A stretch of 64,000 nt of DNA from Nostoc sp. DedSLP01 (GTDB taxonomy: Bacteria; Cyanobacteriota; Cyanobacteriia; Cyanobacteriales; Nostocaceae): assembly GCA_034530875.2 (NCBI GenBank), contig JAVRCJ020000002.1, positions 64,001 through 128,000 of the forward strand. Direction: 5' to 3'. The notes under the pieces are model-generated. The model saw nothing but the letters and a program-made list of their open reading frames with translations, made no database searches and was not told where the DNA came from. This document shows positions 50,864 through 62,316 of the stretch, in pieces (position 1 is the stretch's first letter; each line of letters starts with the position of its first letter). Both the position numbers and the translations under genes were made by a program.

Positions 50864-51766
50864 ATGACTGCTGCTGTCTGCTTAGAAAACGTCTACAAAT
50901 TTTACAACAATGTACCTGTAGTCAATGACTTGTCATTCCAAATTGAAACCGGGGAAATATTTGCTTTACTCGGCCCTAACGGTGCGGGAAAATCTACCAC
51001 AATTCGGATGCTGACTACACTCACCAAACCTTCCCAAGGACGGATAGAAGTAAATGGATATGATGTGGTACGGCAACCAATGTTAGCAAAACAGAGTATT
51101 GGCGTAGTCTTGCAGCAAGTCAGTGTAGATAACGATCTAACCGTTTGGGAAAATATGGAACTGCATGGAAGACTGCATCATATTAGCAATCCGCAGCGAC
51201 AACAATTAATTAATCAATGGTTAGAGTATGTTGAATTAACACAAAAGCGTAATGATTTGGTCAAAACCCTGTCTGGGGGTATGAAACGACGGTTGCAGAT
51301 AGCGAGGGCTTTATTGCATCAACCGCAAATGTTATTTTTGGATGAACCAACGGTAGGACTAGACCCCCAAACCAGACGACGCCTTTGGGAAATTATTCGA
51401 GATTTGAATAAGCAGGGAATGACGATGCTACTAACGACCCATTATATGGATGAGGTCGAATTTTTGTGCGATGCTTTTGGCTCTACCAAACCAGGACGCA
51501 TCGGTATTATGGATGGCGGGAAGCTAATTTCTCTGGGAACGCTAAAACAACTGCGTTCTACTTACGGTGAAGGTTTGGTGATGAAGCAATTAGGTTTATC
51601 CGAAGTAGGAAGTGACAGCGCCCTAGCTTTAGAATATTTGTTTTTCCCTTCGTTGGAAGAAGCAAATAGCTACTTGAATCAACAACCCGATAAAACTGGA
51701 ATGATGGTGCGTCCCTCTAACTTGGAAGATATTTTTGTGGAATTAACGGGACGCCAGTTAGATTAA
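50864..51766 (+). CDS. ABC transporter ATP-binding protein (ABC-2/NodI-like)
   Basis: GPNGAGKS, LSGG, FLDEPT, THYM. Confidence 0.93.
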   Translation: MTAAVCLENVYKFYNNVPVVNDLSFQIETGEIFALLGPNGAGKSTTIRMLTTLTKPSQGRIEVNGYDVVRQPMLAKQSIGVVLQQVSVDNDLTVWENMELHGRLHHISNPQRQQLINQWLEYVELTQKRNDLVKTLSGGMKRRLQIARALLHQPQMLFLDEPTVGLDPQTRRRLWEIIRDLNKQGMTMLLTTHYMDEVEFLCDAFGSTKPGRIGIMDGGKLISLGTLKQLRSTYGEGLVMKQLGLSEVGSDSALALEYLFFPSLEEANSYLNQQPDKTGMMVRPSNLEDIFVELTGRQLD

Positions 51767-51768
51767 TC

Positions 51769-52491
51769 TCAACCTCCTAACTGTCGCAGCATGGTTTCTA
51801 CTCTATCCACGCCATCTAAATCATTGCGTTGCTTGTACAAGTCGCGGGCTTTTTGAAGTGCAGCGTTTGCTTGTTTAGCTTGCCGTCGCTGTTTATACAT
51901 CGAACCCATTAATTCATAAGTTTGGGCATTATTTCTATCTAAGCTCAGTGCTTGTTCGTAAGCCCAGCTAGCGGCACTATAATCTCCTAAACGAGATTGG
52001 GTTACAGCTAAGCCTAAGTAGGCGTTAACATTGTTACGGTTCAGTTGTATGGCACGACGGTAACCTTCTTTAGCCCCCGCGGTGTCTCCCAAATTCGCTT
52101 TAATGTAACCGACTGCGTAAAAAAAGTCACTATTATTAGGGTTGATAGCGATCGCCCGACGATAAGACGTTAATGCCGCTTGATAATTTCCTTGTTGAGC
52201 GTATAAGTAGCCAATACCAGAGTAAATTTTAGCATTCTTGGGATCGAGGCTAGCTGCTTGTTGATAAACAGCGATCGCCCCAGCATAATCGCCTGTATCA
52301 ACTAACCTCCGTCCTTCTTCTAATAATTGCTTTAATTCTGGGTTTTTAGCTTGCGCCACTAATACCTGACCCTGAGCCGGTGTAGGCATACTAAAGGCAA
52401 AACATCCTAGTAACACCACACTAAACACAAATGATGTTGGCTTGTACACAGTAAATTTCCTGAAATTTTGGACGACTTTTTTCTTGTACAT
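51769..52491 (-). CDS. Exported TPR protein (start may be GTG at 52449)
   Basis: Signal peptide, 34-aa TPRs. Confidence 0.88.
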   Translation of the reverse strand: MYKKKVVQNFRKFTVYKPTSFVFSVVLLGCFAFSMPTPAQGQVLVAQAKNPELKQLLEEGRRLVDTGDYAGAIAVYQQAASLDPKNAKIYSGIGYLYAQQGNYQAALTSYRRAIAINPNNSDFFYAVGYIKANLGDTAGAKEGYRRAIQLNRNNVNAYLGLAVTQSRLGDYSAASWAYEQALSLDRNNAQTYELMGSMYKQRRQAKQANAALQKARDLYKQRNDLDGVDRVETMLRQLGG

Positions 52492-53120
52492 TAAAACAAA
52501 AATGTGGACTTTTGAAAACTGTATTTTTTCGCATTAATAAAGATGTTAAGAGTTCATTTTTTGCTTACTTTACAGTCAGGACTATACCATAGAGTTTTTA
52601 CTGAATAGTGAAGTCTAAGCTCTCCCTCGGTCACCAAATTGTTCTAGATATCAATCATTCCAAGAGGAAAAATTACACTTTTTTATCAGTGCTTATACGT
52701 ATCAGGGAAACACGAACCGATGTCTGAACTCATCATCAATACGGGATGCAACAATCTTTACAGAGGCTGGAAGATTAATAACTATCTGTTAGTTTATTTA
52801 GGAATTTGTTCGGACTGTATTTAATATTTAGCCTCTAATACTAGCTTTGGTAACCGAAATAACAGGTTTTTGATTTTTTTTGCAGTCCTTACACGCTAAG
52901 ATAAATTCAACAAACAAAATGTTCCTCAACTCCTGCTTTGGTTAAGCAATACTCGCCGATGAGAATGGCGATCGCTTTTAGGAATTCTGTAAAAGTCTAT
53001 TTATCAAAATAGACACGATTAATCTCGCCTTGGGGTATTCCTTGACTATAGCGATCGCTTCAGACATCAAAGCTAACTAGTATATATAATAATGTTGATA
53101 AATATTGATGAGGTGAATTC

Positions 53121-53447
53121 ATGATTATAACTACCACTGATGTGATTCAAGGAGCCGTTATCGAATCTTATTTAGGTATTGTGACAGCAGAAGTTGTTTA
53201 TGGTAGCAATTTTTTGCGAGATTTTTTAGCTAGTATTCGGGATATTGTTGGTGGGCGCACTGGTAGTTACGAGCGTTTATTTGAGCAGGGTCAACGCAAA
53301 GCCTTAGAAGAATTAGAACAACGAGCGCAACGTTTAGGAGCAAACGCTGTAATAGGTATTGAAATTGATACTGGCACAATCAATGTTGACCAATCAGGAG
53401 TTCTATTACTAATTACCGCCACAGGTACTGCTGTGAGAATACGTTAA
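53121..53447 (+). CDS. YbjQ/UPF0145 family protein
   Basis: RDIVGGR..SYE, GANAVIG, ATGTAV. Confidence 0.92.
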   Translation: MIITTTDVIQGAVIESYLGIVTAEVVYGSNFLRDFLASIRDIVGGRTGSYERLFEQGQRKALEELEQRAQRLGANAVIGIEIDTGTINVDQSGVLLLITATGTAVRIR

Positions 53448-53647
53448 TTTTGATTATTTTGATTTTTGACAGCGATTATAAAGTTTTGTGCTGAGTCTAA
53501 TTGCATATACGAAGTAAAATATTTTTTCATAAAATTTAATAATCGTATTTTAATTTAACAATTTTCATATAGACATTTTCTAAATATCTATTTAACAACT
53601 TGATTGAGATGAAATTGTATTACGAACTTTTAATCAAAGCCTCTTTT

Positions 53648-53663
53648 TCTAACTAAAGATAGA
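53648..53663. promoter_or_regulatory. 7-2-7 inverted repeat, putative regulator site
   Basis: TCTAACT-AA-AGATAGA; related copies elsewhere in the window. Confidence 0.5.
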
Positions 53664-53783
53664 CAGATTAATTATTTCTATTGATAGATAGTGAAGCAGA
53701 TAATTTAGTTATTTAATCTTAAGCAAGAACATAAATATACCTGAACAGAAACATTGCTCAAGCAGCGCTGGAGAATATAAGCT

Positions 53784-54407
53784 ATGTCATACGTAAATCG
53801 AACAGGCAATGACGTTATTTCTACCGAGTCTACGGTAGGAGGCCGAGTAGGCGAATATCACGACCTTGTTCGCTGGGGGCCAATTATTGCAGGTTTGTTA
53901 GTTGCTTTAGCTACTCAATTAATCTTGAGCGCTATAATTGGTGCTGTTGCCGCTGGTGCAGTTGAAGGTTCAGGTGCGCCCAGGACAATTGCGCCTAATG
54001 CTGCGGGTAATGCCGGGCTTTGGTCAACGATCGCTCTATTAATTTCTCTATTTACTGGTGGTTGGGTTACAGCTCGTGCTTGCGGCCCAATGAACCGCAA
54101 TACAGCTCTGCTTAACGGCGCAATTCTTTGGGCAACTACCTTGGCAGTTAGCTCGTGGTTATTGGCAAATGGAGTGACTGGTGCTTTTGGTGTTGCTGCT
54201 TCCAATGCTGGGGAAGTCATAAACCAAGTTGGTACCCCCAATCTACCCCGGACAAACGTAACTGCTCAAGAAGCTCGTGACATTGCAGGAAATGTGCGTT
54301 CGGGATTGTGGTGGTTTGTGTTTGGTTCGTTGTTGGGTTTAGTAGCCTCAATGATCGGATCTGTAACTGGTGCTCGCAGCCCTCGCGCTAACACTTACAA
54401 TCCATAA
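53784..54407 (+). CDS. Conserved four-TM membrane protein
   Basis: VRWGPIIAG, four hydrophobic segments, GGAG RBS. Confidence 0.8.
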   Translation: MSYVNRTGNDVISTESTVGGRVGEYHDLVRWGPIIAGLLVALATQLILSAIIGAVAAGAVEGSGAPRTIAPNAAGNAGLWSTIALLISLFTGGWVTARACGPMNRNTALLNGAILWATTLAVSSWLLANGVTGAFGVAASNAGEVINQVGTPNLPRTNVTAQEARDIAGNVRSGLWWFVFGSLLGLVASMIGSVTGARSPRANTYNP

Positions 54408-54446
54408 AAAATTGTCAGGAAATTCAAAATATTATTTATTTTCAAT

Positions 54447-54478
54447 AAAAGCACCTTGGTTCAAGAAAGGTGCTTTTT
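54447..54478. terminator. Bidirectional intrinsic terminator
   Basis: AAAAGCACCTT...AAGGTGCTTTT between convergent genes. Confidence 0.75.
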
Positions 54479-54488
54479 GTTTATTATT

Positions 54489-55130
54489 TTAAGACTGGCG
54501 TTTGTAGCGTCCAATTAATTCTGCTGTTGCCAAAACATGACCTTCCATTGCGGCTAATATTTGGTTTTTAGTAGCACCTGCTGCTAAACTCAAACTTTTA
54601 TCTAAAGCATAAAGTTTAAAAAAGTAGCGATGGGTACCGCTGGGCGGACACGGGCCACCGTAACCAAAGTTACCAAAATCATTTTTGCCCTGCACTCCAC
54701 CATTGGGTAAAGTTTTTACAGCTGAGATATTCTCTGGGAATTCACGAATTGTATTAGGAATATCGTAAATGACCCAATGAACAAATGTTCTTCCAGGTGC
54801 ATCAGGATCGTCAACAATCAATGCTATGCTTTGCGTTTCTTTTGGGATTTCATCCCAGAGAAGTGGGGGAGAAATATTTTTTCCATCACAGGTGTATTGA
54901 GCAGGAATTAAATCATTAGCTTTAAAGGCATTGCTTTGTAATTTCATAGCGATCGCTTCCTTTGCCGATTGGTTATTATTACTCGAATTAACGAGCATAT
55001 TGCCATCACAACCAGAACTAAAAATAATTATAAATACCGATAAAACAAAAAAAATAAATTTGATTAGATATATATCAATTTGGCTTTTATTCATGAAAAA
55101 TTTTTCCATAAAAATATAATAAAATGACAA
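54489..55130 (-). CDS. YbhB/YbcL (PEBP, Raf kinase inhibitor-like) protein, probable lipoprotein
   Basis: DPDAP, FVHW, GPCPP, HRY; FSSGC lipobox-like; start uncertain. Confidence 0.9.
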   Translation of the reverse strand: MSFYYIFMEKFFMNKSQIDIYLIKFIFFVLSVFIIIFSSGCDGNMLVNSSNNNQSAKEAIAMKLQSNAFKANDLIPAQYTCDGKNISPPLLWDEIPKETQSIALIVDDPDAPGRTFVHWVIYDIPNTIREFPENISAVKTLPNGGVQGKNDFGNFGYGGPCPPSGTHRYFFKLYALDKSLSLAAGATKNQILAAMEGHVLATAELIGRYKRQS

Positions 55131-55324
55131 TAAATAACCACTTTAGTTATATATCAAAAGTTGAGCAAAATACTTTAATCTTTCTAACTAAAGGTTAATG
55201 AATCTAAATTATTAAGATAGCTAAATTGATAAAGCCAATAACATTTGATGAAATGAAAAACCGATTTAAGGTTTTGATTGGCTGAAAACAACAAAAGCTT
55301 TAATTAGTTTCAAGGAGTATTATC

Positions 55325-55657
55325 ATGTCAGATACAAGCAAACGTGGTTTCGCTTCGATGGATGAAAATAAGCAACGCGAAATAGCAAGCAAAGGTGGAC
55401 AAGCTGCTCATGAGAAGGGTACTGCCCATGAGTTCACATCTGAAGAAGCTCGTGAAGCTGGACACAAAGGTGGTGAAGCTGTAAGTAAAGATAGAGAACA
55501 CATGGCTGAAATCGGCCGTGAAGGTGGCAAGAGTTCTCGCAAAGGAAATCGCGATCGCCATAACGACGATAGCGATACTGAAGAAAAGGGAACCCAAGGA
55601 GGCACATCAGAACAACATTCTAAAGCAGGACGGCAGAGCCACAAGAATAAGAAATAG
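55325..55657 (+). CDS. KGG-repeat general stress protein
   Basis: RGFASMD...REIASKGG, EAGHKGG, EIGREGG; AAGGAG RBS. Confidence 0.9.
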   Translation: MSDTSKRGFASMDENKQREIASKGGQAAHEKGTAHEFTSEEAREAGHKGGEAVSKDREHMAEIGREGGKSSRKGNRDRHNDDSDTEEKGTQGGTSEQHSKAGRQSHKNKK

Positions 55658-55693
55658 ACTCATCTTCAATTAGCCCACTGGTTTTTATCTATT

Positions 55694-55741
55694 AATATCC
55701 CGCTTTTAAGAAACGTTTCTGCTTTTTAAAAGCGGGATATT
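55694..55741. terminator. Hairpin downstream of the KGG gene
   Basis: AATATCCCGCTTTTAA...TTAAAAGCGGGATATT. Confidence 0.65.
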
Positions 55742-55748
55742 CTGTATA

Positions 55749-55873
55749 TATAAATCCGGTTGAATTCTTAAAATTTTTTGCGTAGGAAGGGAATAGGGAA
55801 TGGGGAGTAAAAAGTAAGGAATCCAGTTTTCGATGTATACGGAGTTTTTTCACCAAATCAAATATGATTCCTA
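55749..55873. mobile_element. MITE-like element (family A, inverted relative to 3421-3546)
   Basis: Shares TTTTTTCACCAAATCAAATATGATT and TAGGGAATGGGGAGTA with the reverse complement of 3421-3546. Confidence 0.7.
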
Positions 55874-55972
55874 TAACTTTTGAAAATTAAATTATTATAG
55901 GGATGCATAGCTAGCTGCCTCTACTTTAGTCTATTCAATCAGTACAAATTGCTATAAACTTTATTACACAGT

Positions 55973-56233
55973 TCACCACTTCAAAAATGAAGCTTCAATT
56001 CCTTGTTCGCGTCGAATTTTGGCATCTTTTTCAAACCAAGCAATTACTTGCTCGGATGTCAAATCTTCAATAGCAACGCCGTATTCTTGAGCTATATATT
56101 TTAAAAGTTTCAGTGATGAAAGTGTCAATCTGGTTAAAAATTTTTCTGGAGAAGACAACAAAGCCGCGTCTACTTGTGCTGACTCTTCCAATGTTAAAAA
56201 TTGGGTTGACGGTTGCTGTGGTGCTACATCCAT
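55973..56233 (-). CDS. Conserved hypothetical protein downstream of sufR
   Basis: FLT.EESA.VDAALLS..EKFLTRL; AGGA RBS. Confidence 0.75.
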   Translation of the reverse strand: MDVAPQQPSTQFLTLEESAQVDAALLSSPEKFLTRLTLSSLKLLKYIAQEYGVAIEDLTSEQVIAWFEKDAKIRREQGIEASFLKW

Positions 56234-56331
56234 AAAATCCTATCTCAAATTTATTTTATTAGGTATGGGGCATAGGGCATTGGAGATTAGTTTTCACTAA
56301 TGACTAATGACCAATGACTAATGACTAATCA

Positions 56332-57012
56332 CTAATTACAAGCTTGTACCAAATAACCACAACGGTGTTCGCCGTTGATAATCCAGTGGGTGCGTTCTAC
56401 AGTACAGTCTGGTAAAACGGCGGCAAACATTTGTAATTCATGACCGCAAATGGTGGGGAAAGATTCAGCAACGTTGGAAATGGCGCAGTTATGTTCTATT
56501 AATATGAAACTTTCGCCTCTAGAGGAGTCAGGCACATCAACGGAGTGATACTCAGCCATGAAGCCTTCAGCTTTTCTCAACTCTACTAGGTTGGCTACAC
56601 GTTCTCGCAGCGAACCGTTACCCACGCGATCGCGGTATTCTTGTGCTTTACGCTCCCACTGCTTTTGTAAAATCGATTTAAATTGGTCGTATCCTACGGT
56701 TTCAGCTAAGGTATCGAGCAGCGAAACCGCAAAATTGCCGCTAGCATCACCAAATTTATCGCTCATTGTCCGATGCAAGCGATCGCGTCCTTGACGACTC
56801 AGTTGATAAACATGCTGCGGACGCCCCATTCCGGCTTGTTCTGATATCGAAAACAAAACTAACTCCTCCGTCTCCAAATCTTTGAGGTGACGGCGAATCG
56901 CTTGCTTGCTGACTTCCAAAACTTCAGCTAGCTCAATAGCGGTTGCTTTTTCGTGCTTGTGCAGGTACTCTAGGATTTCTTGCTTGGTTGAGGACTGGTT
57001 GATAGTCGCCAT
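56332..57012 (-). CDS. sufR: Iron-sulfur cluster biosynthesis repressor SufR
   Basis: HTH, GRP, EHNCAI...C..E, HRCGY; divergent from sufB. Confidence 0.95.
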   Translation of the reverse strand: MATINQSSTKQEILEYLHKHEKATAIELAEVLEVSKQAIRRHLKDLETEELVLFSISEQAGMGRPQHVYQLSRQGRDRLHRTMSDKFGDASGNFAVSLLDTLAETVGYDQFKSILQKQWERKAQEYRDRVGNGSLRERVANLVELRKAEGFMAEYHSVDVPDSSRGESFILIEHNCAISNVAESFPTICGHELQMFAAVLPDCTVERTHWIINGEHRCGYLVQACN

Positions 57013-57071
57013 CTTCTGATGTCAAACGCTGCGGGAACGTCCCAAAAATTTCTCTGAAAATTTGACTTTGA

Positions 57072-57085
57072 CAACATTGTTGTTG
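57072..57085. promoter_or_regulatory. SufR operator 1
   Basis: CAAC-ATTGTT-GTTG. Confidence 0.8.
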
Positions 57086-57112
57086 TTAATTTAGCGTAAA
57101 ATGGAGATACAT

Positions 57113-57134
57113 AAAACAACATAGCTGTTGTTTT
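57113..57134. promoter_or_regulatory. SufR operator 2
   Basis: AAAACAAC-ATAGCT-GTTGTTTT. Confidence 0.85.
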
Positions 57135-57252
57135 TGTCTCCACCACTATTCTAGCAGCCGTGTAACCACTCCGTAACGGAAGATGGGAGTCGGCAAAAAA
57201 TCTTGTCTCCCATCCTTAAAGAGATTGAACTGAACGCGAGAGATTATTACCG

Positions 57253-58692
57253 ATGAGTGCCACTGTCAAAACCTTAGTCAACCAACCTTACAAGTACGGC
57301 TTTGTCACCGACATTGAGACGGATACTATCCCTCGTGGGCTAAACGAGGACGTTATCCGCTTGATTTCGGCGAAGAAAAACGAGCCAGAGTTCATGTTGG
57401 ACTTTCGCCTCAAGGCTTATCGCCAGTGGCAAAAAATGACAGAACCAACTTGGCCTAATGTCAAGTATCCGCCAATTAATTATCAAGATATTATTTATTA
57501 CTCAGCACCAAAACGCAAGAAAGAAAAACTCAACAGCTTGGAAGAAGTAGATCCAACGCTGCTGGAAACCTTTGAAAAGCTGGGTATTCCTCTATCCGAA
57601 CAAAAGCGACTGGCTAACGTAGCTGTAGATGCGATTTTCGATAGCGTTTCTGTTGCGACTACATTTAAAGAAAAGCTAGCCAAAGACGGCGTGATTTTCT
57701 GCTCGATTTCCGAAGCGTTGCAGGAACACCCAGAACTCGTAAAAAAATATCTGGGTAGCGTCGTTCCCGTAGCTGACAACTATTTTGCCGCCCTCAACTC
57801 TGCGGTATTTAGCGATGGTTCCTTCGTCTACATTCCTAAAGGCGTCAAATGTCCGATGGAACTGTCTACCTACTTCCGCATCAACTCCGGAGACACGGGA
57901 CAATTTGAGCGGACTTTGATTGTCGCCGAAGAAGGTAGCTACGTTTCCTACCTCGAAGGTTGCACCGCGCCAATGTACGACAGCAACCAGCTGCACGCGG
58001 CTGTGGTGGAACTCGTCGCCCTCGACAACGCTGAAATTAAATACTCCACTGTACAAAACTGGTACGCTGGAGATGCTAACGGTAAAGGCGGTATTTACAA
58101 CTTTGTCACCAAGCGCGGTTTGTGTCAGGGCGTAAATTCTAAGATTTCCTGGACTCAAGTAGAAACAGGTTCGGCAATTACTTGGAAGTATCCTAGCTGC
58201 GTTTTGGTGGGTGATAACTCTGTGGGTGAATTCTACTCGGTGGCGCTGACAAATAACATGCAGCAAGCCGACACGGGTACAAAGATGGTTCACGTAGGGA
58301 AAAATACCCGCAGTACAATTATTTCTAAGGGAATCTCCGCAGGTCAATCCAGTAACAGTTACCGGGGTTTGGTAAAAATCAACCCGACTGCTAAAGGGGC
58401 GAGAAACTATTCTCAGTGCGACTCAATGCTGATTGGGGATAATGCCCACGCCAATACTTTCCCATACATCCAGGTGCAAAATAATACCGCAAAAGTAGAA
58501 CATGAAGCTTCTACTTCCAAGATTGGGGAAGACCAGTTATTTTACTTTGCTCAACGGGGTATTTCTTCAGAAGATGCGATTTCGATGATGATTAGCGGCT
58601 TCTGTAAGGATGTTTTCAATCAGCTACCAATGGAATTTGCTGTGGAAGCTGATAAGTTGTTGAGTTTGAAGTTAGAAGGCAGTGTTGGATAA
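57253..58692 (+). CDS. sufB: Fe-S cluster assembly protein SufB
   Basis: [32 protein letters not shown]. Confidence 0.98.
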   Translation: MSATVKTLVNQPYKYGFVTDIETDTIPRGLNEDVIRLISAKKNEPEFMLDFRLKAYRQWQKMTEPTWPNVKYPPINYQDIIYYSAPKRKKEKLNSLEEVDPTLLETFEKLGIPLSEQKRLANVAVDAIFDSVSVATTFKEKLAKDGVIFCSISEALQEHPELVKKYLGSVVPVADNYFAALNSAVFSDGSFVYIPKGVKCPMELSTYFRINSGDTGQFERTLIVAEEGSYVSYLEGCTAPMYDSNQLHAAVVELVALDNAEIKYSTVQNWYAGDANGKGGIYNFVTKRGLCQGVNSKISWTQVETGSAITWKYPSCVLVGDNSVGEFYSVALTNNMQQADTGTKMVHVGKNTRSTIISKGISAGQSSNSYRGLVKINPTAKGARNYSQCDSMLIGDNAHANTFPYIQVQNNTAKVEHEASTSKIGEDQLFYFAQRGISSEDAISMMISGFCKDVFNQLPMEFAVEADKLLSLKLEGSVG

Positions 58693-58776
58693 ATCGAACC
58701 AGAGATGAACGCCGAAAAACCAGCGTTCATCTTTGAACAAACCGATTCAGGCGCACAGAAAGAGAAGAGAGAAAAG

Positions 58777-59565
58777 ATGATTATTGAAAATAGCGAAGTC
58801 GTGCTGTCAGTAAGGGATCTGACGGCTAATGTTGATGGGACACCGATTTTAAAAGGTGTGAACCTAGAGGTGCGATCGGGTGAAATTCATGCGATTATGG
58901 GGCCGAATGGTTCTGGTAAGAGTACCTTTTCTAAGGTGTTGGCTGGGCACCCGGCGTATGAGGTGACTGGCGGCGAAATAATTTTCCAAGGACAAAATCT
59001 CCTGGAGTTGGAACCAGAGGAACGCGCTAGAAGTGGTGTATTTTTAGCTTTCCAATATCCGTTAGAAATTCCTGGTGTGAGTAATTTGGATTTCTTGCGG
59101 GTGGCGTACAATTCCCGGCTGAAAGCGCAGGGTTTAGAAGAAATAGACGCGTTTGATTTTGACGATTTAATTGAGGAAAAGCTGGAAGTGGTAAAAATGA
59201 ATGCCGCTTTCCTCAATCGGAGTTTGAATGAAGGATTTTCTGGTGGTGAGAAAAAGCGCAATGAAATTCTGCAAATGGCGCTGTTAGAACCGAAGTTGGC
59301 AATTTTGGATGAAACAGATTCGGGTTTAGATATTGACGCGCTGAGAATTGTGGCGAATGGCGTAAATCAACTGGCAAATCCAGAAAATTCCACGATTTTA
59401 ATTACCCACTATCAACGGTTACTCGATTATATAGTGCCAGATTTTGTTCATGTGATGGCAAACGGGCGGATTCTCACCAGTGGCGGTAAAGAATTGGCAC
59501 TAGAATTGGAGTCTCGCGGTTATGACTGGGTGCTGGCAGAATTCGCGGCTGAGGTGGGTGTCTAA
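58777..59565 (+). CDS. sufC: Fe-S cluster assembly ATPase SufC
   Basis: [28 protein letters not shown]; start set at MIIENS. Confidence 0.97.
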   Translation: MIIENSEVVLSVRDLTANVDGTPILKGVNLEVRSGEIHAIMGPNGSGKSTFSKVLAGHPAYEVTGGEIIFQGQNLLELEPEERARSGVFLAFQYPLEIPGVSNLDFLRVAYNSRLKAQGLEEIDAFDFDDLIEEKLEVVKMNAAFLNRSLNEGFSGGEKKRNEILQMALLEPKLAILDETDSGLDIDALRIVANGVNQLANPENSTILITHYQRLLDYIVPDFVHVMANGRILTSGGKELALELESRGYDWVLAEFAAEVGV

Positions 59566-60917
59566 TGACTATTCAAGTTTCTCCTAGTCCAATTCCTAAC
59601 TCGGATGCAGTGAGTTTGACAGCTACTCTGTTGGATAAAGATGCGTATTTAATTGGTTTGTTAGATCGAGTAACCGCATCAAAAACAGAAGGCTGGTTGC
59701 AAAGTCTACGTGAAAGCGCCGCTAATGTGGTACGCCACTCTACTATTCCCAACACCCGCGAAGAAGAATGGCGATTTACTGATTTATCTTCTCTGCGACA
59801 AGTGCAATTTAATGTAGAGACGTTACGTGTAACCTCTCTACCAGAGATTTTGCCAGAAACGGCTAACAGTCGTTTGGTTTTTGTGAATGGCCTTTACGCA
59901 CCGGAGTTATCCGCAGTCGCAGATTTACCGCCTGGAGTGGTGGTGAATAATTTGGCTGGTTTATCTGTAGGTGAACAAGAAACTGTACAACAGTATCTAG
60001 CTCAAGCTGAAGGAGCGCAAGAAGTTTTTACAGCTCTCAATACTGCTGGAATCACTGATGTAGCAGTAGTTTGGGTAAAGAAGAATGTGGTAGTTGAAAC
60101 GCCAATTCATCTGGTATTTGTTGCGGTTGCGAGTGAGAGTGCGACAATTTCACAGCCGCGTTGTTTGGTGGTGGCTGAAGCTGGTTCGCAGGTGACTTTG
60201 GTAGAAGAGTATAGGAACCTGACACAAGGGGTTTACTTTACTAATGCGGTAACGGAAATCTGGCTTGGTGAAAATGCCGAAGTGAGTCACACTAGGGTTG
60301 AGCGAGAAGGTGGAGAGGCTTTTCATATTGGGAAAACTGCGATCGCTCAGTCTCGTGATAGCCGATATACTTGTCATGCCATAACTTTCGGTGGCAAATT
60401 ATCGCGGCACAATTTGGAGATTTTGCAGACTGGCGAGCAAACCCAAACTACTCTCAATGGGTTGACGATGATTTCTGGCAAGCAGTTGGCGGATACTCAC
60501 AGTGCGATCGCTCTGAATTATCCTTATGGTACAAGTAAACAATTGCATAAGTGTATAGTTGGCGATCGCGCTCATGCAGTGTTCAATGGTAAAGTTTTTG
60601 TACCCAAGCCGGCGCAGCTCACAGATGCAGCCCAGCTAAATCGGAATTTGCTGCTATCATCAAAAGCCAGAGTCGATACCAAACCCCAATTAGAAATTAC
60701 TGCGGATAACGTCAAATGCGCTCACGGCGCTACCGTCAGTCAATTGGAGGATGATGAAATCTTCTATCTCCAAAGTCGGGGAATTGATGAAAATGATGCT
60801 CGCAAATTGTTAATTAACGCCTTTGCTGCTGAAATTATCAACCAAATACCCGTTCCCTCTCTCAGGGAAATATTACTAAACACAGTCAATAGTCTCAAGT
60901 CTCTAACTAATGACTAA
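59565..60917 (+). CDS. sufD: Fe-S cluster assembly protein SufD
   Basis: EEWRFTD, KPQLEI.AD.VKCAHGAT. Confidence 0.97.
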   Translation: MTIQVSPSPIPNSDAVSLTATLLDKDAYLIGLLDRVTASKTEGWLQSLRESAANVVRHSTIPNTREEEWRFTDLSSLRQVQFNVETLRVTSLPEILPETANSRLVFVNGLYAPELSAVADLPPGVVVNNLAGLSVGEQETVQQYLAQAEGAQEVFTALNTAGITDVAVVWVKKNVVVETPIHLVFVAVASESATISQPRCLVVAEAGSQVTLVEEYRNLTQGVYFTNAVTEIWLGENAEVSHTRVEREGGEAFHIGKTAIAQSRDSRYTCHAITFGGKLSRHNLEILQTGEQTQTTLNGLTMISGKQLADTHSAIALNYPYGTSKQLHKCIVGDRAHAVFNGKVFVPKPAQLTDAAQLNRNLLLSSKARVDTKPQLEITADNVKCAHGATVSQLEDDEIFYLQSRGIDENDARKLLINAFAAEIINQIPVPSLREILLNTVNSLKSLTND

Positions 60918-60954
60918 TGACTAATGACTAATGACTAATGACTAATAACTAATC
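60906..60954. repeat. STRR (ACTAATG)n between sufD and sufS
   Basis: Five perfect and two degenerate units; the same unit occurs at 56296-56330. Confidence 0.9.
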
Positions 60955-60959
60955 TACCA

Positions 60960-62222
60960 ATGACTTTCACCACTACTAAAACCCTTGCCGATAAAGTTCG
61001 CGCTGACTTCCCGATTTTGCATCAGGAAGTCAACGAGAAAACCCTAGTTTATCTCGATAATGCTGCGACATCCCAAAAACCTTTACTCGTATTAAATACT
61101 CTGCGGAATTATTACGAGCAATATAATGCCAACGTGCATCGTGGCGCTCATACCTTGAGTGCTAAGGCTACCGATGCTTATGAAGGTGCGCGAAACAAAG
61201 TTGCTAAATTTATTAATGCTGCATCCCGTCAAGAAATTGTCTTCACCCGCAACGCTAGCGAGGCAATTAATCTAGTTGCTTACAGTTGGGGAATGAATAA
61301 TTTACAGCCGGGAGATGAAATTATTCTCTCGGTGATGGAACACCATAGTAATATTGTGCCTTGGCAATTGGTGGCACAAAAAACGGGCGCAGTGTTGAAA
61401 TTTGTTGAACTGACACCAGAACAAACTTTTGATTTAGAACAGTTTAAAAAGCTGATTTCCGATAAAACAAAACTGGTGTCAGTAGTGCATATTTCTAATG
61501 CTTTGGGTTGTATTAATCCAGTGCAAGAAATTGCTAGTATTGCTCACAGATACGGTGCGAAATTCTTAGTCGATGCTTGTCAAAGTGTACCTCACTTTCC
61601 TACTGATGTCCAAAAAATAGATTGTGATTGGCTGGTTGCTTCCGGTCATAAAATGTGCGCTCCAACTGGCATCGGATTTTTGTATGGCAAGTTGGAATTG
61701 TTAAACTCAATGCCTCCATTTTTTGGTGGTGGTGAGATGATTGCAGAGGTGTATTTAGACCATTCCACCTATGCAGAATTGCCGCATAAATTTGAAGCTG
61801 GTACGCCTGCAATTGGGGAAGCGATCGCTCTTGGTGCTGCTATAGATTATCTTAGTAGTATTGGCATGGATAAAATCCACGCCTACGAAGCTGAATTAAC
61901 AGCTTATTTGTTCCAACAATTAGAGCAAATTCCCCAAATTAGACTTTACGGCCCCAAACCAAACGCTCAAGGCGAAGGTAGAGCCGCCTTAGCTACATTC
62001 ACCGCCGAAGGAGTCCACGCCAACGACTTATCTACATTATTAGATCAAGAAGGCGTTGCCATTCGTTCTGGGCATCATTGCACTCAACCATTACACCGCT
62101 ACTTAAGGCTTTCTGGAACCGCACGGGCAAGTTTATCATTCTACAATACCCGTGAGGAAATTGATGTTTTCATCAAAGCACTCAAGGAAACCCTAGACTT
62201 TTTTGCTCAATTCTCTAGTTAA
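60960..62222 (+). CDS. sufS: Cysteine desulfurase SufS
   Basis: [21 protein letters not shown]. Confidence 0.97.
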   Translation: MTFTTTKTLADKVRADFPILHQEVNEKTLVYLDNAATSQKPLLVLNTLRNYYEQYNANVHRGAHTLSAKATDAYEGARNKVAKFINAASRQEIVFTRNASEAINLVAYSWGMNNLQPGDEIILSVMEHHSNIVPWQLVAQKTGAVLKFVELTPEQTFDLEQFKKLISDKTKLVSVVHISNALGCINPVQEIASIAHRYGAKFLVDACQSVPHFPTDVQKIDCDWLVASGHKMCAPTGIGFLYGKLELLNSMPPFFGGGEMIAEVYLDHSTYAELPHKFEAGTPAIGEAIALGAAIDYLSSIGMDKIHAYEAELTAYLFQQLEQIPQIRLYGPKPNAQGEGRAALATFTAEGVHANDLSTLLDQEGVAIRSGHHCTQPLHRYLRLSGTARASLSFYNTREEIDVFIKALKETLDFFAQFSS

Positions 62223-62316
62223 CAGTAGACAATGTTTAGATACTGATTGTGTCAATTATTAAGTAATAATATTTGGCACAATTTCACTACCTGGATTATT
62301 TACAGGAGTAGCTAAA

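Noticed and set aside
57676..58347. 223-aa antisense ORF inside sufB, and similar shadow ORFs in petA, the kinases, Omp85 and the M16 peptidase
   Set aside because: Antisense shadows of conserved genes with no independent motifs
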